A stretch of DNA of 64,000 nt, from positions 69,194,001 through 69,258,000 of the forward strand of contig NC_087436.1 in assembly GCF_036321535.1 (NCBI RefSeq), in the 5' to 3' direction. Positions 39,201-51,665 of the stretch are shown here, in pieces. The DNA is from Camelus dromedarius (Eukaryota). The position numbers were made by a program, and so were the translations under genes. Each line of letters starts with the position of its first letter. Position 1 is the first letter of the stretch. The notes beneath the pieces were generated by a model that saw nothing but the letters and a program-made list of their open reading frames with translations, searched no databases and was not told the origin of the DNA.

Positions 39201-42200
39201 GGAGTCACTGGTAATAAAAAGGAGCTGCTGTATTTCAGGGGCATTTAAAATACCCATAAGATGGGAAAAGATAGATGTAAGGAGAGAATTTATAGGCAAA
39301 GCAATAATCCCAGATGTTCTTGATAATTTTACTGTGAGAAGTAATTACAACCAAAATAAAGATTCTGTCCGTAAGAGATGTGACTCTTTAATAAAAAGTC
39401 AACTATTACGTAGAGAAGAAACTTATTGTTACCAGGGGTAAAGAGGGTGGGAAAGGGTAAGTTGGGAATCGGAAATTTGCACCTCTTGGAGAGTGATCGA
39501 ATTGTTGGCCATCTCGATTGTGGTGGATGTTTTATTGGTGTATACCTCTATCAAAATTCATCAAATTGTACATCCGAAAAATCTGTAGTTTACTGTACAG
39601 GAATCGTACCATAATAATGGTGTTAAAAAAAAGCCAACCTTTATATTTTATTTGTTTTCCTCCAGGTCAAGAGAGAATAATGAAGATTCAGAGTGTTCCT
39701 TTTGCATGCTTGAATAATATGTTCTGGATAAGTTGGTTTCCTGTCCCAGTGCTGTCACTCCCTCAGCTGTTACCCTTGTTTCCAACATTTGTTCTCCCAG
39801 GTCTCACCAAGAAGGTCGTTCTGGGGGATCCACTTGTACAGCCGAGTATTGGGTCCTAAGGTATCTGGTTTCTTGCCATGGTATCTCCAAAGAACCTGTT
39901 AGGGTGAAGTAGATAGCTTATTCATGAGTTGAACTTCAAAGTTATAGCACGTTAGAATTCTAAAGAGATGAAAAGACATCCAGTTAAATGCCTTCCATAC
40001 GACAGGTCAGGAAATGAGGACAGCAGATCCTAAGTAGAGATGACTAGTAATGCACTGACATCAATAGGAATACCCACATTCTGTGTACTTATTTTTATGT
40101 TCAATGAGGTATGGAATGAATCATGACATATCACACATGATGTCATTGACAAATGAATTTTTCAATGACAAATTCAAGTATTTATGAAATTGTTAGGTAG
40201 TCTGGATTCTAGTGAAAAAGCAAAACAGTGGCAAATTACTAATAATCTACACATTTGTTTTGCTTTATTTTATATACTAGCTCTTATTTTCAAAGTTGTT
40301 ATTTGCTGAGTTATTTCTTATCGACTCTTAAGGAATGGAGTTTACGTATATCCACTCGTTAATGTGACAAGTTATTTTATTAGAATTTTACATGTTTTGA
40401 TTTACTAATAGAAAGTACCTGCAGTTAGCCACTTAAGAGAAGTAAGTATTTCTGCTTATTTATAATTTATTAATAATAAGACAATTAATGCTGCTTAGAA
40501 AGTAAAACTTCTTTTAGATTACAAATTGTTAAGCGCTTTTTTAAAAAAAAAAAAGAGAGAATTGGTATTTTTTGACATAAATCCAGATTATTACCAGTAT
40601 TAGTAGGTGTGAAAACATTTAAGTTTAGAAAGGAGGAGCATGTGGTAATTTACAAGTAACAATAAGGTATTGGAAAAGCTCCAAAAGTGGGATGCTAAAA
40701 TTATTCAGCTGACCCTGAACACTTCAACAGTGAAGCACAGTGCATTGACAGCAGTGGTTAATGCGGTTTTCATATTCAGCACCAAAATAAGCCACCCATT
40801 TTGGATTTCCAAGTAATTCTTACACATTGGATTATAATTTCCTGGTGTCCAATTTCTATTTGCTGTGTGAGTGAAAGTGACGTTATGTTCTCAGCAAAAA
40901 ATTAGCTCAGTTGTTTAAGAGAAGACTACAATATCAGATAGTAAAGTAGGAGTAGGTCACAAATAACCAAAGATCCCAGGTGTATTTTATTTTGTAGAGA
41001 GTAAGTTACTGCTGTATAATATGGGGAAGGAGGCAGTAGAATCTTTTCCATGCCAGTCTTCCTTATGCTTGACTTTCTCAAATAGTCCATTCTCCCTCCT
41101 CAGTCAGGAAGAGTAATCTGATAGGCTGGATGCAGAGTCCGTTATAGTCCACCCTTTACAGTGCACAGGGTTCACCTTCAGGGCAGAACCCCATCTTCAC
41201 TGTTTCTCTTTTATCTTCCTGCTTCAGGCTTTGGTAGGACCAAGGCACCCAGGGCAGGCTGATGTTTGTTTTTGTGTAAATCATGGTGCCTGACTGGGTG
41301 TCTGCAGGCAGCTTGGGGAGCCCTGATCATCTTTTCTCTGAATAGCACCCTGAAAAGCACACTGAATAGATCTGTTCCAAAATTTAGGGAAAATAAAGGC
41401 AGCCAGGATTACCTGGCAAGTATAAACTGCATAGCACATTTCCGACTTTTATCAATATTGCCCAATGTTACTGTGCTAGTACAATTACTGTTAAAATTTA
41501 ACTCCTGAGAACTTCTGTGTGTGTACTGTGTCCTCAGGAATCCTTCAAGGAAAGCAGTGATGACAAGGCAGAATTTGGTGATTTCTCTACCTGCCCACAG
41601 TACCATTATACTAACCAGATTTCGCACTGCATCTCTCATGTATATTTAATTGATTATAGTGTGTATCCAAAATCATTGTCAAGACACTGTCTGTATTATT
41701 GCAGCACCTGCTATGTATATTCTGGCTTTTAAATATTTGAGACATGTTGGGGCTATCATAGTAATTTACCTTTCTTGCAAAGTATGTTTATAGTCAAACT
41801 TTTTACAAGATTTAACTGTCTGATTTTATAGTTGTCTACTATTATGTTTCTTTATCTACCTTTTGTGGAATCTGGGCAAGGGCTGATGCAATCACATTGG
41901 CTCTTTCTTCTGTTATGTTAGTGACAATCGACCCCAAAGTAAACACCACAATACCATCTTCTCCTGAGCTCTGGACAAACTCTTCCATTTCCTGTCAAAA
42001 AAGAATTTTCTCCATTACAAATGAGCAACAGCATAGCAAACGTTATTGAAAGGATTGCTACAAACAGCTGAATAGTAAAAATTCTGATACAATCAGGAAT
42101 TATTTCAGTAGTGGCTTTTTGAAAAAGAAACCTGATAAAATATATGTAACATACAATTTACCATCTTAGTCATTCCTAAGTCTGTAGTTCAAAAGTATTA

Positions 42201-45200
42201 AGTACATTCACATTGTGGAACCGATCTGTAGAACTTTTTCATCTGGCAAAACTGGAAGTCTGTGCCCATTAAAAACTCCATTTTCCTCTTTGATCCCAGC
42301 CCCTGGCAATCATGATTCTACTCTACGTTTCTACAAATTTGCTCAGTCCACATACCTCATATACGTTGATTTGTATAGTACTTGTCTTTTTGTTACTGGC
42401 TTACTTCCCTTATCCTAAGGTTCATTCATGTTGTGTCATGTGTCAGAATCTTCTTTTAAAGACTGAGTGATATTCGAGTGTTTTTGTATTCCGCACTTTG
42501 TTTATTGCTTTATCTGTTCATGGAGAATTGGGTTGCTTCAAGTTCTTGGCTCTTGTGAATAATGCCTTTATGAATATGGTGTGCAAATATCTCCTTGGGG
42601 TGCTAGGTTCAGTTCTTTTGTATACACATCCAGAAGAGAAATAGCTGGACCATATGGTAATTCTATTTTATATTTTTTTTTTTTGGAAACTCCTCAAAAG
42701 TTTTCAGTAATGGCTTTGTTTTAATAGACCTCATCCCTAATGTCCTTGGGAAGGAGATGTGTGATGTGAGGTCGGTTTCTTCTGTTATATGTATGTGTGC
42801 AAATGTGTGCATATAAGGAAGAAATGAGATAGAGGCAGTACACAGTAGTGAGGAGGACACACTGGTAAACAGTGTTAGACTCTTCATCAGTCATGTTATT
42901 AATTACTAACATAGATCCTTGGAAGGAGGTCACACAGCAGGATCTTAACTCATCTTTAATTCTTTCTTATTATAGTTCTACTAAATCCTTTGTTTATTCC
43001 AGGCCCTTTCTAGAGAATTAGTTTGGAGTAGTCATTAGTATTTCATTTCCCTGACTGTGATCACTAAGAAAAAGTTAGGATTTGAATGACTTTATCCTTC
43101 TCACAGATCTATAATCCTCATACCTTAACTTTAAGTTACTCAGAAGTTCCCCAAATCTGTCTCTAAATTACTAGTCACTGACATTGAGGAGTCTGGTATT
43201 ATAGTTTAGAATTTCTGTGAAACAGCCCTGTGTGTCCTATTAATAAGCAAGAGATATACTTGTGTAGTTGCATTTCTGAGTGAGCATACTGCTGGGTTTG
43301 TTTCCATGGGACACCCTCTGCTCTGAAATCACCTTGTATATTTGCTGTCACAGTAGGATGTGCTATGTGCAAGGGGCTGTGAGGGACCCTCATCATCACC
43401 TCACTAAGTCCCTGGGGGAGCACCTGCCCCACAGTGGGAGAGGAACACCAGGCTTTCTGTAGCAGAGATCTGGTCACCTGTGAGTAGTTCATGTCAGACT
43501 AAATAAAGCTCCTGGTGAAGCTGTATTTGATTGGAATTCTCTCAGAATTATTTTGTCTTGTAGTCCTTGACCCTTTCTCACTAAAAAATTGTTACTGTCT
43601 GCACTAGAATAATTACACATTGTTCAACATACTGTATTACAAAAAAAGTGCAAAGGAGCAATATTTTCTGGATCTCATTAAACCATATACTCCTGTTTTT
43701 AAAATATCTTTCTGCTGTTTTACATTCATTATTCTTTTTTCTCTGGAAAATTCTGACCTAATCCCTCCATTTAAAATGAATATTTTATTATCATGATTAA
43801 TGTCATAAAACTACTTTTTTATTGAATTATATTCAGTTTACAGTGTTGTGTTAATTTCTGGTGTACAGCATTGGTATTAATTCATATATATATGACAGAC
43901 ACAGACACACACATTCCTTTTTATATTCTTTTTCAGTATAAATTATTTCAAGATATTGAATATTGTTCCCTGTGCTAAACAATAGGAACCCTATTAAAAA
44001 CTGCATTTAAAACTATTTTCAATAGGAACAGGAAAATAGGCAATTTGTTTCAAAATTTAACTTTGCATTCTATATTGTGTAGATCATTCTTCAAAAGTAC
44101 AATTTCACCCTGATGATCAGTTTTGCTATTAATGTCTCTGAACTTCCTTGTGACTTTCATGGTGCATCTAGGTAATGTGTGTATTTCCAGTGACCTGTCC
44201 CAGCATTTAAGGTTACCTGTGTTCTTTGTTTTTCCCTCATTGGTTTGCTCCCCAAAGCTGCCTCATCTCTCCTGTAGAAGATGCATCCCTATCATATTAT
44301 TGTAATACATCCTCTATTTAAAAGTTAATCACTGTTGTGGACTGGTTATTCTCATTGTCTGACATCTGTATGAAAATAATATAAGGTCATGACATTAAAG
44401 TATTAAAAATACGAAAAATTATTAAATTAAAATAAGATATATTCTACCCTCTGTCTAGGGATATCCTTAGTTTAAAATTTATAAATATTTTTTAATGATG
44501 AAATATGTTAGAGGTATAACATTATTTCAGTTGTATAACTTACTGATTTGATGCACTTATAGATGGTAATAGGATTGCCATCTTGATGATAGGTTGCACC
44601 TCTGTCATGTCACATGATTATTATTTTTCTTTTGTGGTTGGAATAATTAAGGTCTAGTCTCTCATCAAGTTTGATGATTAGAATATATTGTTGTCTATAC
44701 TCACTATCCTTTACCTTAAATCTCCAGGGCTAATTTACTATGAGATGAAAGTTTATAATAACATTGAATAACATCTCTCCTTTTCTCCCACCCCCTAGCC
44801 CTTGGTAATCACCATACTATTTTCAGTTTATACGACTGACTCTTTTAGATTTCAGACAGAAGAAGTATAATACAGAATTTTTCTTTCTCTGCATGTTCCA
44901 AAATAGAAACAATGGTGACAACCTTCAGCTAGACTAACTAAAGAAGAAAGAAAACTCAAATAATGAAATTCGAAATGAAAGAGAAGACATTACAACTGAG
45001 ACTCCAGAAATTCACTGGATCGTAAGAGATTTCTATGAAGAATTCTATGGCAAGAAAATATATAACCAAGAAGAATGGCTACATTTCTAGAAACAAGAAA
45101 GAATTAGAAAATCTGAACAGTCATAATAAGTAAAGATACTAAATCAGTAATCACAAGCTCCTGACACAGAAAACCCCAGGACCAGATGACTTCACTGATA

Positions 45201-48200
45201 AATTCTATCAAATATTTAAGGAATATTTAATGCCAGTCCTTCAAAAACTCTTCCAAAAAAACCTAAAGAGGAGGGAGGGAACACTTCAAAATTCATTCTT
45301 CAAAGCCAGTATATGTAGATACCAAGTAGATAGGAACATTCCTGGGAAAGAAAGGTATAAGCCAATATCCAGAATGATTATAGATTTAAAAATTCTCAAT
45401 ACAGTGTCTGTTCGCTAAATTCTAGAACACATTAATAGTACTATATACCATGACCTAGTGTGATTTACCTGTAAGAGGCAAGGAAGTTTCAACATGCTGA
45501 AATCAATAAATGAAATACATTGCATTAACAGAATGAAAGGTAAAATAAGTTGATAATCTCAATAGCTGTAGGAAGAGAATTTGACAAGATACAAAATCTC
45601 TTTAAGATGAAAAACCTGACCATGTTGGGTATATAGAAGGAACATTCCTCAACAAAATAAAGGCTACATATGACAAACCCAAATCTAACATTATAGTCAA
45701 CAGTGAAAATATGAAACGTTTTTCTCTAAGATCAGGAAAAGGCAAGGGTTCCCACTCTCACACTTCCAGTCAACGTAGTACTAAAAGTCCCAGCTTAGAG
45801 CATCCAGGCAAGACAAAGAAATTAAAGACATCCAAATGAGAAAGGAAGAAGTAAAATTTTCATTTTTTTTGCAGATGATATGATTTTTTTGTATGCAAAA
45901 TCCCAAAGAGTCAACCAAAAGCTTTAACTAATGAACAAATTCTGTAAAGTTGCAGGATATAACATAAATTCAACATACAGAAGTCAGTTGCTTTTCTCTC
46001 TATTAATAATGAAATATATGAAAAATTATTCCATTCAACATAGCATGAAAAACAATAAAATAACTGGAAATAATTTTAGCCAATGAAGTGAAAAATCTGT
46101 ACAGTAATAATTACAAGACTTTGTTGAAAGAAGTGAAGAAAACACACAAAAAGGAAAGTCATCCAGTGTTCATGGATCAGAAGAATTAATATTGCTACAC
46201 TATCCACACTACCCAAAGCCAAAGGCCTCACACCTACCGATTCCAAAGTATTACTACAAAGTTGTAGTATTTAACAGTATGGTACTGCCCTAAAAATAGA
46301 GAAGTTGATCGACAAGTGAAACAGAATACAGAGTCCCAAATTAAATGCCTGCATATATAGTCAACTAATACTCAACAAGGGAGAGAACACCACCCACTGG
46401 GGAAATGGTAGTCTCTTCTTTTCTTCTAAGAAAACTGGATAAGCACATGGAAAAAAAATGATGAGACCCCTATTTTAGACCTCTCAAAAAATTAAATCGG
46501 AATGGATCAAAGACAAGATCAGGTATCATAATGTTCCTCAGTAATTTTCTGAGAACCTCATAATTAATGGAAAAGTTAGTAGTTTGAAGGAATAATTAAC
46601 AGAAAAGTTAGTAGTTTGAAAGTTAGTAGTTTGCAGACATTCTCTTGCATTCATCTCTTGTTTTGCAACTTAATAACAACAGCTACTATTACTAATATCA
46701 TTATATTACTATTCATCTTTCTATTTGTCCTTCTTTCTCTGGTCCTTTCTCTCCTACTAACACTGACTTGCTTGAAAGGAGAATGGGGATATCTTTGAAA
46801 AATGGAGTTAGATATAATTTTCACTGATTTTATTTCAGCCTTTGGACGCTGTGACAGTTTACCACTGAATACCAAAACAATTTGTAAACAAATGAGATAT
46901 TGTGTTTGACAGTTGAAAAAGATATGTTTCATTTTTCCACTAATAAGGAGTAATCAAAAAGGATCTCCTAAGAGATCACAAAATAGTTTGCTAAAGATTG
47001 CTTGCTTCCTATTTATATCTTGAATCAATTTAAAACAGCATGTCAATTTAAAACAGATTAGCTTCTTGCTTTCCTTCATAAGGAATAGTATCTTATAAAC
47101 TGAAGAGAATTTTTGTAATTTGAAACTATGGGTAGTTTTTGTATTTAAGTGGTAGAAATTATTTGGTCGTTACTGTTAGTGTGCAGAATTAATGTGCTTA
47201 TATACGCAGTGTACATTTTCTGTCTGCTCATTCTGTCAGCAGCTACAATGTTGAGACCCGTGTTCCTTAAGGGAGCTGTACTGAGGTTTTCTGTATGCTT
47301 AGTTTAGGCAGAAAACACCTGTTCTAATAGACTAATTTATATCTTTCATGCTGTAAGATGTAAAACTCCAGGATTTTAGATGAGGAATGGTTTAAACGCT
47401 GTTGTGGAAGCAAGGAAATGTTGGATTTGGTGCAGAAGTTGTTGGGGCATTCATTTGTATTTTTGAGGAAGGGTCCCTGGTGAAGAGCCTCAACCCTTAT
47501 AAAAAGTTTTTAGCTTGTAATCTTGCTCATCTGATTGCCCAAAACATGAAAAAATTCTCAACATTTAAGATTTTTAACTTAAGTGTATTAAATTATATTT
47601 TATTTAAATTCAGTTTTTAATAAATTTAGTATATGCTGTTATTAAATTTTTTGATTAAAAATCTTTTAAAATTTGCTTTTCAAGCACTCCATGTGCTATC
47701 TTCTCTCTAGGACTTTGCTAGAGCATATAGGTGTATTGGAAAATCAGTTCCTACTCAATTACAATTTAGATCCAGGTGGCTGGCACATGTTGGATTATTG
47801 ATAGTGTAATAGTAACAAAATAACAATAAAGACAATAGTTAATGTTTATTCTGGATCAGTATGTGCCAGACATTTTGGATGTTTCATGTGTACTAACAAC
47901 TTTTTTCCCAACTACAACTGTATGAGATTCGTACTGTTATTATGAGTCAGTATGGTCATGTCTGTATGAATATTGTAGTCTAGTTTTCCATCATTGTTGC
48001 CTGTATCTCTCAGCAAACCTGTGAAATGGTCTCCCTTTCTACTCTTACCCCTTCATAACCCAACCCAGTGACTACATCCTGTGTTTTTCTTTAAATGTGA
48101 TTGTACCTCTCCCTTTCTTAACACTCTTAATTTTTTCCCGAATGCCCCTATTAGATGCTTCACACTCCTTAGAATGTCTGTCTCCAGCTTAATTCTCCAG

Positions 48201-50309
48201 CACCATCTGTCTCTTTACTCAGCCTCTTCCTGTTCAGACTAAACTTGGACTTCTTGGGAACTGTCACTAACTACTCTCCCTGGCTGTCTTTTGTATCTTC
48301 CTCCACCCCTGACCTACCCCGTCTGCTTATTCCTGCACATGTTCAGATCTGACCTTAATTATCAAAGAATCAGAGATACTTTCTATGAATTCTGTGAATG
48401 TTTCCTTAGCATTGTGGTCTTCCCTTATTATAACACTCTTTACACAATGTTTACGACTTGCCTGTATTCTGTCTTTCCAGTAGACTGTCAGGTGGCAGAA
48501 ACTGTGTTTATATCATTCCTCTGCATATGAGCACTCACTTCTGGTATAGGCGAGTCCCTTTATAATTATTATTTTTATGACTGTCTGATGCTTCATTATG
48601 TGTTGAATAATGAAGGCTGTAATTTAACAGACATAGTGTCAAAGTCTCCCAGATGTCCCAATTTATTCTGTAATGGTAATGAATTTCACATACCTGTGCT
48701 AGTATAGAAATATGAGTTTCTAACTGACAAGTCACTTTATCTGGCTTCCCACATTTCTCTGCTGTATTAACCATTGTAAATAAAGAATGCATAAGTATTC
48801 CTATTGAAAATGCAAAGTGAAGACAACCACATAAATAGGAATATGTTACCATAGGCAGAGGTTTGGCAGGTCTGCAGTGGAGGCCTCCTACAAATTCAAA
48901 ATTTGGTAGCCGTGGTCGAGAGAATTCAAAATCCCAGTAGTTTCGAATGAGCCACATGTCAGCTTTCCCAACTGTCTCCAATAATGTAGTGGGTCTTCCT
49001 GAAAGGAGAAACAAAAGCAAAAAGAACAAATGTTCAATCAAATGAGAATATTGCCATGTGAATGTATTAGGCAATATTTGAAATGGAGCTTGGAATAACG
49101 TAGTCAAAGATGTTTGTACGTGGCTGTTCTTTGATAAAGCAAATATTTTTTTTTCTGTCTATACTATACTATAATGTGGAAACTGAGCTACACAGGTAGA
49201 AACAATTTCTAAATGCCACCTACATACCTATGCTACAAATATATGCATAGCTCTTAAATCTACCTTTTTTTTTTTATCAAGACGTTTTAGGAGGTTTCTA
49301 GTCACCTTTTTAAAGTTAAAAAGCAAAGTTTATTAAGATGGATATATAGTTTCTTGGAGATGTTGTACGTGCTTCAATTTGAGGTTTATGACTGCTGGAG
49401 TGTCCTGCGCTAGTAATGGGCCTTACCCAGTGAAGTAATTTTTCCATAATTATTATGAAATTGATGAAACATTTTATACTTTCATTTTATCATTTCACTT
49501 ATAAAACATAAATTTCTGTGACGCTTTATTTATACGGTGTCATCTTCAAAGGCATTAGAAACGTTAGGACTTCATGCCACCAACTGAAAACATGACTTAC
49601 CTAGTACTTCACTGTAAAAGTGATTCCACTTCTTCTCATTAAATGTCTGGAACCAAAAGTCAAAATAAAGTACGTACATCATATTTTTCACCCTCTCCAT
49701 GAATGTCATTTGATCACCTAATTCTGACATGATAACCGGTACGTAGGATGGTGGGAGTGGAAGTTTTCCACCATACTTCTCCAGTGCAAAGCCCGGAGAG
49801 AAGCGGAGACTGTACACTAACGGGATTTGAAGTATCTCAGCCAGCAGCTCACCACAGGGTCCGACGGCATCTGCAAGAACAACGTCAAACCTTGATTCAT
49901 GTAGTTTTGTCATAAGTTTCTTGTTTGAAACAACATCTTTACAGAGTTTCATTTGCATATCAGAATATTCCCACAAGATACTTTCAACTGTTGAAAAATA
50001 AGTCCAAAATGAGTCTTTTGCCAAATATGTCCATTTATCAAGCAAATGCTTGAAGACATACTTAAAATCATCTTTAGTTAAAAATCTCAAATTTAATAGA
50101 GATTGTGTATTGGGATCAATAAAAATGGAAGCTGAAGATATCAGGACAGTCACCTCATGACCCTTCGTGACAAGTTCATCCAGAATTGTCTTCATATTAA
50201 TCCAATGACTATATTCCACTGGCCACACCAGCACCTTCCCACAACTCCCAGAACTAAAGTAGCAATTCAGCTGCAGCAGCAGCAGAAGGGAGATCCATTT
50301 CATAGACAT
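32974..50309 (-). CDS. UGT2B: UDP-glucuronosyltransferase 2B family gene B, complete 6-exon CDS, 525 aa; join(complement 49601-50309, 48850-48998, 41860-41991, 39808-39895, 38492-38711, 32974-33253)
   Basis: Exon sizes 709/149/132/88/220/280 match the UGT2B architecture, all junctions are GT-AG and phases are compatible. Protein has signal peptide [14 protein letters not shown], catalytic His35 (PVEYSHW), the LADA Asp, the UGT signature [44 protein letters not shown], a TM helix and a KxKxx ER-retrieval tail. The individual member cannot be named by eye. Confidence 0.96.
33580..34325 (-). mobile_element. 5'-truncated L1 in gene B intron 5
   Basis: L1 3' UTR and ORF2 end on minus; TSD taggaaggaatt (33568-33579) / tagtaaggaatt (34326-34337). 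Confidence 0.88.
34485..34700 (+). mobile_element. MIR remnant
   Basis: gtggttaaaag...ttgaatcctgactctgac...cattgataaatggga...ggcatacagtag. Confidence 0.6.
35267..37259 (+). mobile_element. 5'-truncated L1 (about 2 kb), antisense to gene B, in intron 5
   Basis: ORF2 C-terminal peptides at 35443-36294, 3' UTR and A-tail; TSD aaataacactg (35256-35266 / 37260-37270). Confidence 0.92.
37630..37824 (+). mobile_element. Short old L1 3' end fragment with A-tail
   Basis: gagatacaaact...gggaaaatagccaata...ttataact...gtaacctt followed by poly(A). Confidence 0.55.
38492..38711 (-). CDS. UGT2B: UGT2B gene B exon 5 (UDP-sugar binding signature)
   Basis: (G)[72 protein letters not shown](S); acceptor TAG, donor GTGAG; 220 nt. 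Confidence 0.96.
39808..39895 (-). CDS. UGT2B: UGT2B gene B exon 4
   Basis: [29 protein letters not shown](G); 88 nt. Confidence 0.96.
41860..41991 (-). CDS. UGT2B: UGT2B gene B exon 3
   Basis: [44 protein letters not shown]; 132 nt. Confidence 0.96.
48850..48998 (-). CDS. UGT2B: UGT2B gene B exon 2
   Basis: (G)[49 protein letters not shown]; 149 nt; AG/GT flanks. Confidence 0.96.
49601..50309 (-). CDS. UGT2B: UGT2B gene B exon 1 (12 nt shorter than in A)
   Basis: ATG at 50309; [36 protein letters not shown]...FYSEVLG; donor GTAAG; 709 nt. Confidence 0.96.
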
Positions 50310-50366
50310 CTTGTTCACATGCAATGCTGTTAAAGAATTATTGTATTCTTTTGCTATTGCTCATGC

Positions 50367-50407
50367 TTATATCCAAGGAGAAATCAATCAGGAATTTAAA
50401 ATACAAC
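50367..50407 (-). promoter_or_regulatory. Gene B proximal promoter: TATAA-like box, TGATTGAT (50383-50390), single degenerate HNF1-like site (50395-50407)
   Basis: Minus strand reads GTTGTATTTTAAA-TTCC-TGATTGAT; positional homologue of the gene A promoter. Confidence 0.6.
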
Positions 50408-51584
50408 TCCTATATCTCTAGTAGTACGTTAGATGAGTAGTCAGCAGCTGTGGAAATCAAGTGAAAGGGCAAAGTGTAGAACACTTGGTGTTTATACAGT
50501 GTGTTTACTGTTGTGTTGTCAGTGCTGTCACCCCTCTAAATGTCGATGACCTTGCACATGCAATTCAGCTGTATTATGTAAGTAATAAGACTAATGTAAA
50601 GCAATAGGACGTGAGGGGCTCTTGTGTCTGCAGTCTCCTTGACACAGAATTAGAGATACGGTGACATCAGCAAAATGGAGGGTTAGGCTATAATATAAGT
50701 CCCACTTTCAAGGTATAATTAGTCAGTTGTCTTCACCCATGCTCTGGTTTATCCTGGTGAGTAGAGCTGCAGTCTGGGTTTACTTTCATGAGCTCAAAGA
50801 CTTTCCTACAGTTTTTCCTGTAAGGAAGATTTCACACCAATGAATTGTGTTTTGGTGGAGTGTGAAACAAAGGAATGTCCGTATTTTCCATTCACTTTTG
50901 AAAGATAGCTTTCCTTGATACAGAATTTTTGATTGACAGGTTTGTGTTTCAGCACTTTGAGCATGTCGTCCCACTGTCATAGAGCTTCCATTGTTTCTCC
51001 TGAGATAGAAGCTGTAACTTACTGGAGTTTACTGCTATGAATTATTTTTCTCTTATTGCTTCAAGATTTTCTGTCTTTATCTTTTAACATTTCTATAGTG
51101 TCTGGGTGTGGCTGTTCTCTCTTTATCCCACTTGGAATTGGTTGAACAATTGGAATGTGGAGATGAATATGTTTCATCATATTTAGGATGCTTTCAGGTA
51201 TTTTGAATAGTCTTTTGCACTACTCCTCTTTCCTCTGGCACTCCCATTTTGTATATGTTAGTGTGTTTGATTTTGTCCCACCAAGTCTATGCCTTAATTT
51301 TTTTCATTCTGTTTTCTGTTTTATTTGAATTATATTATCTTTTGGTGTATCTTCAAGTTTTCAGGTTTTTCATCAACTCCTTCTAGTCTACTGTTGATCC
51401 CCTCTAGTGAATTTTTCATTTCAGATTGTATAATTTTACTCCACAATTTTCATATGCTAATTTTTTTAAATAGAATTTCTAATTATTCATAGATGCTATT
51501 TGGTGGGACATTTTTATTATACCTTTCTTCTTTAAGGATCATTTCTTGATGGGAGGTTCTGTGCCTCCAGAAATTTCTTCATTT

Positions 51585-51665
51585 CTCTGTGTCTCTGTGT
51601 GTGTGTGTGTGTGTGTGTATGTGTGTATATATATGTATGTATATGTATTATGTATATATATATAT
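51585..51665. repeat. (TG)n/(TA)n microsatellite at the L1 tail
   Basis: Direct inspection. Confidence 0.85.

Larger units (their letters stand above)
39198..51590 (+). repeat. Tandem segmental duplication, copy 2 (paralogous to 1-13437)
   Basis: Colinear with copy 1; several ORF-track peptides are identical between copies (7400 vs 46616, 7435 vs 46651, 9075 vs 48291). Confidence 0.95.

Noticed and set aside
48535..49107. 190-aa ORF
   Set aside because: It is exon 2 plus intronic read-through; the extension is not open in paralogue A.
32974..50309. Gene B as a pseudogene
   Set aside because: The indels compensate, there is no premature stop, and splice sites and catalytic motifs are intact. 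Function remains untested.
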